Assembly: GCA_003427395.1 (NCBI GenBank)
Contig: BFEA01000023.1
Coordinates: forward strand, 1,878,539 to 1,942,538
Origin: Chara braunii
Taxonomy: Eukaryota > Plantae > Charophyceae
Length of the DNA: 64,000 nucleotides
Reading direction: 5' to 3'
The stretch's first letter is position 1; each line of letters starts with the position of its first letter. Positions 1-11,706 of this stretch are shown here, piece after piece. A program made the translations under genes and the position numbers. The notes under the pieces are model-generated. The model was not told the DNA's origin, made no database searches, and saw nothing but the letters and a program-made list of their open reading frames with translations.

Positions 1-23
1 GTGTGTGTGTGTGTGTGTGTGTG

Positions 24-58
<35 letters not shown>
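1..58. repeat. (GT)n microsatellite
   Basis: direct. Confidence 0.95.
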
Positions 59-60
<2 letters not shown>

Positions 61-1015
61 AGGCCGTTAACCCCTAACCTTATTGTACCCATCTGATTCC
101 ATCAGCATTTGAACATTTTATATGCTTATCAACAGCTAAAAGTGTGCCACATCAATATAGCCACATGGGCTGGCTGCGTCAACACTATTTCAGCAACACA
201 TAGGATGTAAGACTGGGTGCAGAGGTGCAGATGCCAACAGGCAATGGAGAGAACCCCCGAGAAGAAAGAAAAAAGACAAGCACACATTCGAAAGCAATTA
301 CTTAGGGGCAAAATACTAAAGTAGCCTACATAGTGTTCTCACAAAGGAGGAAAGATCAGGAAACTTTATAGTACATGGTCTTAGAGAAGAACAAGTGCTC
401 AACTGACAAGTGTGAATAAGTTATCCAATTAGGTAGAAAGTACTAGAAAGTACTAGAAACTTAGAAAGTTGAAACCTGAGTGCTGGATGAGATATCTGGA
501 CGGATGTCAGGGATATAAATTTCACAAGGTTATCGTGAATTTTCGAGAGAGCAAAACCCGAAGATATGCTGAATTCCACAGACAAAAAAAAAAAGGTTTA
601 TAAAGAAAATACATGAGCTAGATGATCTTCTGCATCTGGGTCGAGGAGTGTCCAAATACAGTTGAATGTCCACGCATTCTTTTCCTGAGACGTCAAGGAC
701 TCACCTCGAAAATCTGTCGGCGTTCTTCTTTTTTGTTTTTCTCTTTTGTAAGGAGTACTAAGGACGATGGACTTGAGATATTATCATCCAACTAACCGGG
801 TACCCGGTAATTCATAGACATTGATTTCTTTCATATAGTCCCATTTGGATTCGTACTCGGAACTGTATTTCAACTGTCCATCAGTTCCGCAACTAAGCTA
901 GGCCTGTTTGATCACCGCCGTTCTTTTTCTTCCGTTTGCCTACCAGCTCACAAAACTGACCCAGCCATTCAATTGACCAGACCTCAATCGTGTTCAAGTT
1001 AAACAAACTTTATAA

Positions 1016-1294
1016 CTAGGCTACCAGCCGGGCCGCCCATGTCACCCTATTTTCCCAGGCGGCCCGGGCGTGCAAGGACTAGGAAAGGTCCCAGCCAAAA
1101 AAAAAAAAAAAAAAACGAAAACACTATGTTATGCAAAAAAATAAACTCAACAACTTATGCCTCAGGGTCACATCGAAATTCTTTACCAAAATTAAAATAA
1201 AAATTTTAATTGAAATGTATTTTTATTTCTTTATTTTTTTAATATATTTTTGGCCAGGCCGGGCAAGTGGACCCGGGCCACTCTGGTAGCCTAG
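1016..1294. mobile_element. hAT-like MITE, family 1
   Basis: TIR CTAGGCTACCAG...CTGGTAGCCTAG; 8-bp TSD CTTTATAA (1008-1015, 1295-1302). Confidence 0.9.
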
Positions 1295-1402
1295 CTTTAT
1301 AATGATTATTAATAAAATAAAGCAATACCACACAAAACCTGTGCATAAAAAGACATTCCCACGCAAGCAATGCATGCACACATGATGAGCCACCTCGCTT
1401 AC

Positions 1403-1596
1403 CCATTCCTTCTTGAGCGCGAGCTCCTCTCTAAGTTCCTTATTGGCTATCTGCAGGCGTTGATTTTCCTCCTCCAACTTCTTGACGGACTCTTTACTTT
1501 CTTGCAGCAAAGCTTTCACTTGCTCGAGATTCGTCGTTGCTTGCCGGTTCGCCTGATTTAAAGACCAGATTTCCTCCTGCAGCTGCTGGGTGTGGA
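1403..1596 (-). CDS. CNTRL: Centriolin-like protein, exon 4 (coiled coil, VHTQQLQEEIWSL...LALKKEW); gene probably continues beyond window start
   Basis: GCAG acceptor in phase 1 matching exon 3; TGG|GTAAGC donor; heptad E/K/Q/L pattern as follows the LRRs in centriolin. Confidence 0.8.
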
Positions 1597-2155
1597 CTGC
1601 CCAGAATACAAAGACACCACCACCATCATGAAAATAGTAAAATACCAATCGCCCGTGCCAATCATCGTAAGCAAAGGGGAACTTTCAAGGGTTTGTTTTT
1701 GTTATTTCGACTGCTCTCTGGCACCTAATTGCTGCCAGATAAATGCAGGTGTGGTCGTACTTGCAGTCAGATGCATCCAGGAAAGTCTTAAGTTTGAAAA
1801 AGCTCTGAGGGAGGAGGGCGAAAGAAAGGATATTTGCATTCTTATCCTTTTTCAACTTTGCAGAATGCCACAAAGAGAGAGAGAGAGAGAGAGAGAACAA
1901 TATCCCTCTCAAATACAATGGACTGACTGTGCTTATGACCGAGAGAGAGAGAGAGAGAGAGAACAATATCCCTCTCAATGGATTCTGTTTGCGCAGAAGT
2001 TAAACAAATACAATGGACTAACTGTGCTTATGACCGTCTGGCGTGCAAGATGTGCATTCAAAAAAAAAAAAAAAAAAAAAAAAAANNNNNNNNNNNNNNN
2101 NNNNNNNNNNNNNNNNNNNNNNNNNNNNNNNNNNNNNNNNNNNNNNNNNNNNNAA

Positions 2156-2330
2156 ACAGAATACATTCGGTTTTCTGCAGGCAAAAGCAGTCCCACAATC
2201 CCAACAAACAGAATACATTCGGTTTTCTGCAGGCAAAAGCAGTCCCACAATCCCAACAAACAGAATACATTCGGTTTTCTGTTTTCCGCAGGCAAAAGCA
2301 GTCCCACAATTAAAAAAAAAAACAGAATAC
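2156..2330. repeat. ~50-bp tandem repeat (3 copies) next to a gap
   Basis: AACAGAATACATTCGGTTTTCTGCAGGCAAAAGCAGTCCCACAAT repeated. Confidence 0.85.
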
Positions 2331-2348
2331 AATAGAGCATCACAACAC

Positions 2349-3490
2349 TTAAACAAAAACGGCCTTAGAAAGGATCACTCTTTCCAAATTGGATGGCTTG
2401 ACCCGAATAGGAAAATATTCCAGGTCGACCACAGACACCTCAAAGAAGGCAAGAGAACTGTCCAAGGCTAGGAGCCCCTCATCTTGTGCTATGGTCTTAG
2501 AGAAAGGACCGCTCTGAGCTCGTATCGATATCACGAAGGGCAGACTCAAGTTTTGTCTGCCTCTGTGTTCGTGCGGACCATTGGCAGAACAGGATGTTCC
2601 AGTACAGCTTGCCTATGCCCCGGCTGTCGGGAACAGGTGGGGATAAGGGTCTGCTCTCACAGTCCTCAGAACTGCAAAGCCGCCTGATTCAGGAATGTGG
2701 TCTAGGGTACAGTTCCACTACCATATTCCCCCAAACATAATGCATATGGGTTGTATTTGAGTTTTAGGGGGGAAAAATGATGACTCAAAACATATATGCA
2801 TTGTATTTTAACATTCCAACTGTTCGAATAACGACACACATGTGTTGCATTCAAATAGAAGCAACGTATGTGGTGTATTTGTTTGCAACACATACGCAAC
2901 ATGTGCGGGGGAAGACAGTAGCCGCAGGGTAAGACGGAAAATAGACACCCACCTTGCTATGTGACCACCCCAGCCCGTGAATAGCGGAGCTCGGGCATTG
3001 CATGTTTCCTTGCCGTTTTTGTGCTTACCCCTGATGTCCATGCCCCTCCGAAAATTAATAGCCCAGGTCCGAAAATTAATGGCCGTTTTGTGCTTACCCC
3101 GCATTCCATCACTCAGCCTTGTCTCTTCCCCAATGAAAGAGCTGCTCGAGACAAGGGCCGGATAGACCACGCAGTAAAGAAAGGCCAGTATATTTGGAGA
3201 CAGGCATGGTGAGGGTGAGAAAGGGGCCAAAGGGGGAATTCCAAATAAAGTGTTTTGGCACCTTTACCGACTTACATGAGGGGATTTCCCCAGCTGTGCC
3301 ACACATTTTTTTTCTTCACGAAGAGATCGCCTGCTTTCCAGCTTCTATCGGTTCTGTCAGTTTGCACTCGTCCGACGGCTGCCTTTTCAGTAGTCATTAG
3401 ACTGAGGAAGGCTGAGGACGGTCTCAAGTATTTGCTAGAGTGCCATGAAACGACATCCCAACTTGGCCATTCGATCAGGCAATGCCCCTG
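2349..3490 (-). mobile_element. Highly degenerate LINE ORF2 fragments
   Basis: remnant peptides (RSWKA, HFIWN) resembling the post-RT region of L1-like ORF2; no intact frame. Confidence 0.3.
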
Positions 3491-4391
3491 ACATGACGGT
3501 GTCAGGCCATCCAAAGTAGCAAAGAGGGGGGGGGAACGGCCGAGCTTGGCCATTCGATCAGGCAATGCCCCTTAGATGACAAAGAAGGGGGGGCTTTGCA
3601 CACTTGATGAAATTACGGGAATTTGCCAAAGTGAGTTCAATGGAGCACAACTCAAATTCTCATTCATAAGAATGGGATGGATGTTCATCCATGCATCCAG
3701 ACCACACCTCATTCCTAGGAATTCGCTGTGTACCTCAAAGGCTCAAACATCATGATTTTTTTCTCACGACTTTTTTGTTTTTTCTTTCAGAGAAAGCACA
3801 TTTGGACTTACAACGCTCCCCCATCGGATCGCGAAGTATCGTATGGCTGGAGAGCACCATCATACTCCGCCAAACCTCACCTGTCATTTTCTTCTTTTTA
3901 TGCACTTCCCCACACCTGCAACACAGGTAGATTGAAGTCATATACTATGGCTAGTGGCGCCATGCCCCCCGAGGGGATCGCAAAGGAGAATGGAGAAAAC
4001 TACTCCCTGCAAACAGCACTGTACCTTTCTTCGCCAGTTCGCTAAGATCACCTGTAGCACTAATTCGGAGAAGTTTAATATCTGATCCGTGGTCCATCGG
4101 ACCACACGATATTAAATTATTTTTCTTCTGGGCCACGGGAAAGAAAAAAAAAAGCACTGTACCAACTGGTCTAGCTCAGTTGGTACACCCATGAACTATT
4201 GAACCACACCCCTGAATTCAAATTCCAATTGAACCAGATGAGTACAAAACTCTGAATTTACCTGGGGCCGCTGGTTGCACCACATGATATTAAATTAATT
4301 TTTCTGGGCCGCAGGAAAAAAAAAAAGCACTGTACCAACTGGCCTAGCTTTCAGTTTGTACACGCATTAACTGTCAAAATACACACCTGAG

Positions 4392-4659
4392 CTAGGCTAC
4401 CAGAGTGGTCCGGGGTCACTTGCCCGACCGGGCCAAAAACAATGAAAAAAATATTAAAAAAAAAAATAAACTTTATTTTTTTTTCGAAATGTGGTGCAGA
4501 ATTTCGATGCGACCCTGAGGCAAAAGTTGTTCAGTTTATTTTTCTGCATACCATAGTTTTTTTCCGGATTTTTTTGAATTTTTTTCTTTTTGCTGGGACC
4601 TTCCCTGGTCCTTGCACGGGCCGGCCACCGGGACCCGGGCGGCCCGGCTGGTAGCCTAG
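4392..4659. mobile_element. hAT-like MITE, family 1
   Basis: TIR CTAGGCTACCAG; 8-bp TSD CACCTGAG (4384-4391, 4660-4667). Confidence 0.9.
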
Positions 4660-4813
4660 CACCTGAGTTAGAAAACTCCGAATTTAAATGGGGCCGGTTG
4701 GACCACATGATATTAAATTATTTTTTTCTGGGCCACGGTGGTGGGAAAAAAACAGCACTGTACCAACTGGCCTAGCTCAGTTGCTACACCCATTGTTGAA
4801 TTACACACCTGAG

Positions 4814-5527
4814 CAGGGTTGCCAGGCCGAACATACGGAGGCCCCTAAGCTGACCCCCGAACGTTCGGGCGTTCGGGTCCCCGTGAAAGGGTTCGGACCC
4901 CGCAAAAAAATATTTCGGCACCTAAATATTATTTGGTTTTTCTGAATTTTTTTGTGTGAGTTCTTTGTGATGTAAGGTATCTCCCTGTTAATTTTGAAGC
5001 CATTCTGTTCATCCAAAAAAACATGAAAAATCGGCAAAGATGGTGGTGTCAAAACTTGCTTGCCCACTCGCTAATTTGTTTTTTATCTCTTCTGACTTTT
5101 TGTTTTTCCTTTATTTCGGGGCATGAAAAAAAATATTATTTTTTCAAATTTTATTTGTAAATTCTTTATTTTCTCATGGCATTTGTCACAGCCAAACAAA
5201 AACGAAAAATCGCCAAAGATGGCGGTGTCAAAAACGTGCTCGCCCACTCAATAATTTCATTCTCGTTTGTTTTCCCCTAATTTTTATCATTATTATTTAT
5301 TTTTAGTAGTTGATTTTTATTTCAAATTTGGCAAAGAATTTGGATGTAACGTTGAGGCAAATGTTGTTTAGTTTATTCTCATGCATAACATATTATTTTT
5401 TCAGTTTTTTTTTTTTTTTTTTTTTTGGGTCCTTGGCCGAACGTGTCAAGAGACCCCAACGTTCGGGCGTTCGGGTTCGGGCGTTCGGGTTCGGGCGTTC
5501 GGCCCATCCCGAACGCCGGCAACCCTG
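4814..5527. mobile_element. hAT-like MITE, family 2
   Basis: TIR CAGGGTTGCC...GGCAACCCTG; subterminal (C/G)GTTCGG repeats; 8-bp TSD CACCTGAG (4806-4813, 5528-5535). Confidence 0.9.
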
Positions 5528-6169
5528 CACCTGAGTTCAAATTTCAATTGAACCAGATGAGTAGAAAAATATGATTTTACCTGGGGCAGGTCGAACCACA
5601 TGATATTATTTTTATTTTTTCTCTGGGCCACGGAAACAAATAAAACAGCACTGCACCAACTGGCCTAACTCAGTTGGTACACCCATGAGCTTTTGAAATA
5701 CAGACCTGAGTTCAAATGTCAATTGAACCAGATGAGTAGAAACTTAGAAAACTCTGAATTGACCTGGGGCCGGTCAGATGATATCTCACTGTCTGCCCTT
5801 TCTCAAAAGAAAGAAATGAAAAAAAAAAAAAAAAAAAAAAAAACACTGTTTCATGCCAACAGCACTGAATCAACTGGTCTAGCTCAGTTGCGACACCAGT
5901 GAACTGTTGAAAAAACAGACCTGAACCAGGTGAGTAAAAAACTCTGAATTTACCTGGAGCCGGTCCAGATGCCATAACAAGGTTGTCCGCCCTTTCTCGG
6001 AAAACGCAGAAAAAGAGAAGGCAAGACCAACTACGGAAAAAAGGAAGGCAGGTAGAAGGAGCCCAGGAAATCCCCTCCTAAAAAAAGGGAAAGGATCAGC
6101 CCCAGTTCTGACTGCACTGCGACCACAAATATCCAATTAGTAATACCAAGACCAGGTCTCATCCAAAAT

Positions 6170-7095
6170 GAGATGCCAGTGTGACTCAGCAGTGGCAAGT
6201 TCGCTTTTTCCCGACCGCAAAGGCAGCAATTTTTCCTAAAAAAGGCCGTAGAGCATACTCACGCTAGGATTTTCCTGAAGGATGTCTCTTATGGGACCGT
6301 GACTGGGTGTTGTTGGGTGACTTACCGGACAATCTGCAACTCAACAAGGGTTCGGGCTACGTTGCCCAAGCTGCTCGGGCTGTAGGCTGTGACGTTATTT
6401 GGAACGGCAGGAACATGTTTGAGGGCTTGGAAATGTCTAACAAAGAAATCAGAGCTGTGTTTTGAGGCTCCCTGCGACGCATCGTTCAGGCAGATTGGCG
6501 GAGAAAAGGTGGATCGAGATCAGGAGCCTGGTTTGGCTCAACATGGGCCCTGGATGGGAAATTAGCAAGCTTCCAGGATGGTAAGTTAACTTTGGGAGAT
6601 TGGTTTTGGGCTAGGTAGCAGACAACGAACCTGAGCACTCGGTTAAACTTCCACAGGAGGAAGGCAGGAGGGTTTAAGAGAATTGAGGAAGGAGCGCTAC
6701 CTTGGTCCTATTCTGGTCCGACGGGACTCGGCTGCCGCTGTAGGCAGCATCGTGCAAGAATTAGGATTCAATAGTTTTTCAGGATTGTGGGGTTTTGCAG
6801 GCTCGCAGCTCTTATTTTTGGGGGTTCCTGGTTTGTTCCGGTTTTCGGCCTGGTGCTCTTTGTTACCAGGGGTTGGGATTTCAGGGCAGCGGCCCGGCTT
6901 TGGCCATTTCTGTCCCTAGCTATTTTCCAGACCCTTGTTTGGTTTTCTGTGATAAAAATTGGTAAGCAGGAGTCAGTTCTATGATTCAGCCAACTGGCTG
7001 TAAGCTAAACCGGCTGATGCTGCCGGGATAACTCCGGGTTGAATTGTGAGGTCCACGGCCTCTGGTCCTTGTTTCGGAATATAAAGTAAAGATTG

Positions 7096-7123
<28 letters not shown>
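6170..7123 (+). mobile_element. 5'-truncated L1/Tx1-like LINE 3' end with poly(A) tail
   Basis: remnant VIWNGRNMF and ADWRRK as in the 23.4-kb LINE C-terminus; A-tract 7096-7123. Confidence 0.6.
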
Positions 7124-7126
<3 letters not shown>

Positions 7127-7635
7127 CTTTCCTGAATATATCTAACTGCAATTACAGATAGAGCTGTCAGGGGATACTCATACCAAGACCTTTTCTCACA
7201 AAATCTGCAGCCTCTTTTTTTTTTTGGTTTTCTGGTACTTTGCAGCCAGGTGAGTGAACCACCGCACTACGGATTAGAAAAAAAAAAAAAAAAAGAAACC
7301 GCACTACTCACCCCACCTCAATTTTCTTGGCGAGCACTCACCTCTAAAATACTCAACAACATGTCAGCGCCAGACACACCCACCACATTCATATCCAGAT
7401 CGACACACCTGGATGGTTGCTGTGTGATGGTTCACTCACCCCACCAGTTCCTAACTGCAGTGACCTGGTCCAATAGTGAGTGTCCTTACGTTCCGAGGAG
7501 TACACAAAGACAATACTGTCAAATCACCGTGAAGGGTGAGCGCCGTAATGTCCCACCACAAATCACCTGTTGCAGGCTGGGAAAACGAACAGTGAAGTGA
7601 GTAGTGACCATGCACTGAGTTTCCCCAAAGCTCAA

Positions 7636-7688
7636 TGTTTGTTTGTTTGTTTGTTTGTTTGTTTGTTTGTTTGTTTGTTCGTTTGTTT
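7636..7688. repeat. (GTTT)n microsatellite
   Basis: direct. Confidence 0.9.
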
Positions 7689-8699
7689 TTTGTGAACACA
7701 CACACCCAGCCCCTTCTATGGGCACCAGTCCGGTTGCTTTTCCCCAGCAACACATGGGTCAAGGAAAACGAGTTTTAATCCTGTCCATTCCCACCTTTTT
7801 TATTTTTGTTTCGTTTCAGACAGGATGTCATGCTCAATGGTTAACAAGATGTCCGCGCCCTCCTGCAAAGCCGGAGACTATTTTAGGAAACATCATGCTC
7901 ATTGAGCCTCCTTATACGGGACTTTTTTTTTTCTTTGTTCTCTTTTCGGGGGGACTACGGAACTCTTTTTTGCACACCATGGCCTGAGGAGCATGGAATT
8001 CATTTTCAAAACTGCAGCCATTGGATGGATGATTTATGATCCAATGGAAATCAATTTCACTCCGATTTTATTATTTCAGAGATACTGTCCCATGCCTGTC
8101 ACACAGTCTTGCATCGACACAATCTGCATGTTAGTTGGACCTCCCTCCAGAGGTAGCTACAAATTCCTATACCGGCTCGGCAGGTGGCCACAAATTCCTA
8201 TACAAGCGGAGAAGCCCCGGACATTACGGCCTGTGGGATTCCATTTTCCCTTTATCACCTTTTGGGCGAGATACCCCACCACTTTCACTTAAACCACCGG
8301 CAACCCGCCCAGCTTGCCTGCATGGGCCGCAGATAAGTTTACCCTAATGGATGTCAGCACCTCCAGCGAGGGTGCAACAAATTAAGCATTTTTCTTAACT
8401 TCTTCAATCTGCAAAAAGTCAGCGACTTGAGGGATCCTACTATAAGGGAAAATTATTGAAAAAAAAAAAGAAAAAAAAAGTTTGGCCTGTCAAAAGGGAG
8501 GCGCAGCTACTGGCAAATGCTCGGTCCTTGTATTAGCCAGGCCCCCACCGGCAGCCCCAACCCTGCACCCTAAACCACCAGGGCAAAGGGCAAGCATGCA
8601 GTTACCTCCCTCCACCGAGAGAGGTAACCTCCCTTCATCAAGAAAGCTAGATAGCTATGCTTAAAAGGGTCCACTGTATAGCCTTAGAAATAGTGGTAG

Positions 8700-10900
8700 G
8701 TATAGGAAGGTGAAAGAATTTGAGAGCAGAATATAGTGTAGTGTAGAGAAAACAAACAAAAAAAAGAAAAAAGAAAAAGTATTCCAGTGCAAATACGACA
8801 AATGTCTGCCAATGCCAGGCCCAAACCCCCTGATGGTTCAGTAGTCAAGGTTGGTAAAAGCGAGCTTTGGGAAAATGAGGCTCGGAGGTGCTGGACTTCC
8901 CGGTGGCTTAAACCACCAGTGATCATCCCAGCCTTTGAAAATCACAGGGCTGGGGAAAGGCTCAGAGTTTCGGAGTGCCCGTCGCAAAAAAGCTAGCGGC
9001 ACCAGGGAAACTTCGCACCACGGCAGGTTCGATTTTTTGCAGGTCCAGACAAAAATCCACAACAGGAAAAAGAGGGACCACTATCCTCAAGAATATGGAA
9101 TGCTGTGTCCAAGCCTCGGATCGCACTTTCTCACGGGAGTTTCAGGCAGTAATATTTTCCAGGCAGATATATGGTGCAGGAACGGTTGTTATCAAAAGAC
9201 CAGAAAGAACAACACCGAGAGTTCTCTCACCTTGAGTAACTGCCCCCCTACTATTGGCCTGGCTTCACCCTCCCATACCACCTCCTCCATCCAGCACCAG
9301 TGTTTTCTTCGCTCCGGGAAGGTGGGATAAGCCTCTAAAAGCAAAGAGAGATGGAATCCCACATTACTTACCAGCTTTGCTACAAAGAAGTGAGCAGCAC
9401 AGGCAGGAAAAGACCACCAGCTTTGCCTGCTACAAAGAAGTGAGCAGCACAGGCAAAAAAAAAAAACACCAGCGGCAAAAGTTTTCGGAGGTGGTTGGCC
9501 TCAAATTCGCTTCTTCAACCACCAGTCCCGCCGAACACTTTCGCCCAACGCTCGATTTGCCTGCTTCCTGTCTACCGAACTCTTCCGTTGCAAGGGCCTA
9601 CCGAGCACCACCACCCTTTTTGGTCCCATAGCCCGAGCCATTCTGTGGCCCAGTGTTAACTGGTGCCTACTCACAGGTAGCTGGGCAGGGTACTGGTAAG
9701 GGATGGATATGATTGTATTAGAAAGTAAAAAAACAAGGAGCCTCCTTTTCACCTGACCTGACATCACAACAGGGTCCTACCTTACGGAGCTACCTTACCT
9801 TCTTCCCCCGAACATAACACCACATCATCATGAACATCTACAACATTACTAGCCATATTCTACAGTCATGATGCCTGGGGCATCAAGGGGAGACGGAAGT
9901 CAGTCCAGCAGGCCAGCTATTCAATCCAGAAGGCCAAATTGACCAGCAGCTCCATGTCCACCAGTACAGAATTGCCCGAACTCAACTCCAACCTGATCCT
10001 ATCCAGACGAACCATCAACATCTGCGGTCTACTAGTCCTGCCAGCTCTTTTTCTTTTCTTTTCGATAGCAACCATATTACCCAAAGCCTCCATTGAATTG
10101 TGTCATGGATAAGCCTGAGTTCTCCGATCATGGTTCCAAGAATTGCTCGAATTTCTCGAGATAGGGCCGCCTACAGAGTGCCCTCTTGCAACCGGGGCAC
10201 ATAGGACAAAGCACATATCCTACGATCCTCTCCCTCTATCCCCCCAAGTGACTCAAATCTCCTGCAGCGAAACCTGAGCAATACAAGGAGCTTTCCCCAG
10301 CTGATGTCTCGCTTTGACCTACAACCGACCGCACTATTCCCACTTGTTCTCCAGAAAGGATGCGTGAACCCAGTAGGCCAAACTGACCAGCCTCCCCGCG
10401 TACATCACGACAATATCTGGCAAGGGTGCAGGACAGTGGTGGTCTAAAAGGAAATTCCACCCGCAGCCATCTTTTGCTGAACCTTGGGCAGCCTGATCAC
10501 AATTCGATGTCAGTAATACGAGCTGCGGTTTTCATGGCCCATAAAGGCAGCCAACCTGACTACCAGACAATGCAGATCATTCTGGACGCAGGACACACCA
10601 CACCTAAAGCACCTGCCCCTCTTCTTTTTGAAGGCAAGCGCTGTCCTAATTTAAATGGGACCAAAAGACCCACTTCACACAGTCCTACTGGCATGTTCTA
10701 CCAGCAACGCCTGGGATGGCCTCCAAATTCTGCAACAATGCACAAGGGGGCTGCAGGGCCTTCCATCAGCCACCCATCAGCAAGCAGTGGCGGTCATGAA
10801 AACAGACTGCGGCCATTGCCCTGGAGTGACCTGGAATATCCAACCACAACTGCAACAGTTCAGGCCAGAGACCCAGTTTCTTCATTCAGCTGCTATTCGC
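8700..10900 (-). mobile_element. Very degenerate LINE RT remnant
   Basis: decayed D.ISW..L (~10300) and RG....GGPIS (~10170) resembling the KAFD.V.W and RQGCPLS motifs. Confidence 0.3.
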
Positions 10901-11500
10901 TTTCAAGGTCACCCAAAGCTTGGTGAATCCAGTGGAAAAAAAGAAAGGTTCAACAAAATAGGTTTTTAGCTCTCATCAAGACTGAAGTTTTTTTTACTTT
11001 TTTTATTATAACTTTTTGCTCTCATCACGACTGAAGTTTTTAGCTCTCATCACGACTGGACGCTCTTTGTTGCCTGGAAAAGGGCCATCAAGACAGCCCT
11101 CACCCCCCCCGCAGTCCAAACTGGCTGGTCACTGCGACGCCTGGTGCAGAAAAGCCTGGGACGCGAAACAAGTGTCTCCTCTTGCTAGGCAGCTATCCTT
11201 CCTCTCTCACGTCACATGAAAACTTCCCCTTCCATAGGCACAGTGATGTTTGGACAAACACTGATGTCGCCCTGCAGGTAGATAATCATGCAACACGGCG
11301 ATGGCCACAAGCAGCGAGGTGGAAGGAGAGGAGATAGCCACTGCTCAGCGAGGCACAAACCACCGGGGACTGATTACCATCATCCCAGTGGCGATGACAG
11401 CCCAATTACAACTCCTGCTCCAGTCATCTAGCACCCAGGGTGAGTTCTTGTGGGTTAAGCAGTCCATTCGGATTCAAAACATCTTTCACTGTTTTCTTTG

Positions 11501-11706
11501 GAGAGAGAGACAGAGAGAGAGAGAGAGAGAAGGGGAGAGAAGGGAAAAGAGAGAAGAGGGGAGAGAGACAGAGAGAAGGGGAGAGAGAGAGAGAAGGGGA
11601 GAGAGAGAGAGAAGGGGAGCGAGAGAGAGAAGGGAAGAGAGAAAAATAGAGGGAGGGAGAGAGAGAGAGAGAAGGGAAGAGAGAGAGGGAGAGAGAGAGA
11701 GAGAGA
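11501..11706. repeat. AG-rich compound microsatellite
   Basis: direct. Confidence 0.9.

Larger units (their letters stand above)
4090..5975 (+). repeat. Tandem array of five ~170-190-bp tRNA-like units, interrupted by two MITEs
   Basis: units carry A-box-like TAGCTCAGTTGGTA; intact units have B-box-like GAGTTCAAAT about 45 nt downstream; shared spacer AACTCTGAATTTACCTGGGGCC. Confidence 0.75.

Noticed and set aside
700-960. Next exon of the centriolin-like gene (GAG|GTGAGT near 704 on the minus strand)
   Set aside because: The frame I traced upstream has stops and no coiled-coil character, and I found no convincing acceptor
4090-5975. CRISPR-like array (palindromic repeats with inserted sequences)
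   Set aside because: Units are ~180 bp and degenerate, the inserts are TIR elements with TSDs, there are no cas genes and the context is eukaryotic
7990-8060. Plant-LINE RNase H motif (AAIGWMIYD)
   Set aside because: Single short motif with no supporting catalytic residues nearby
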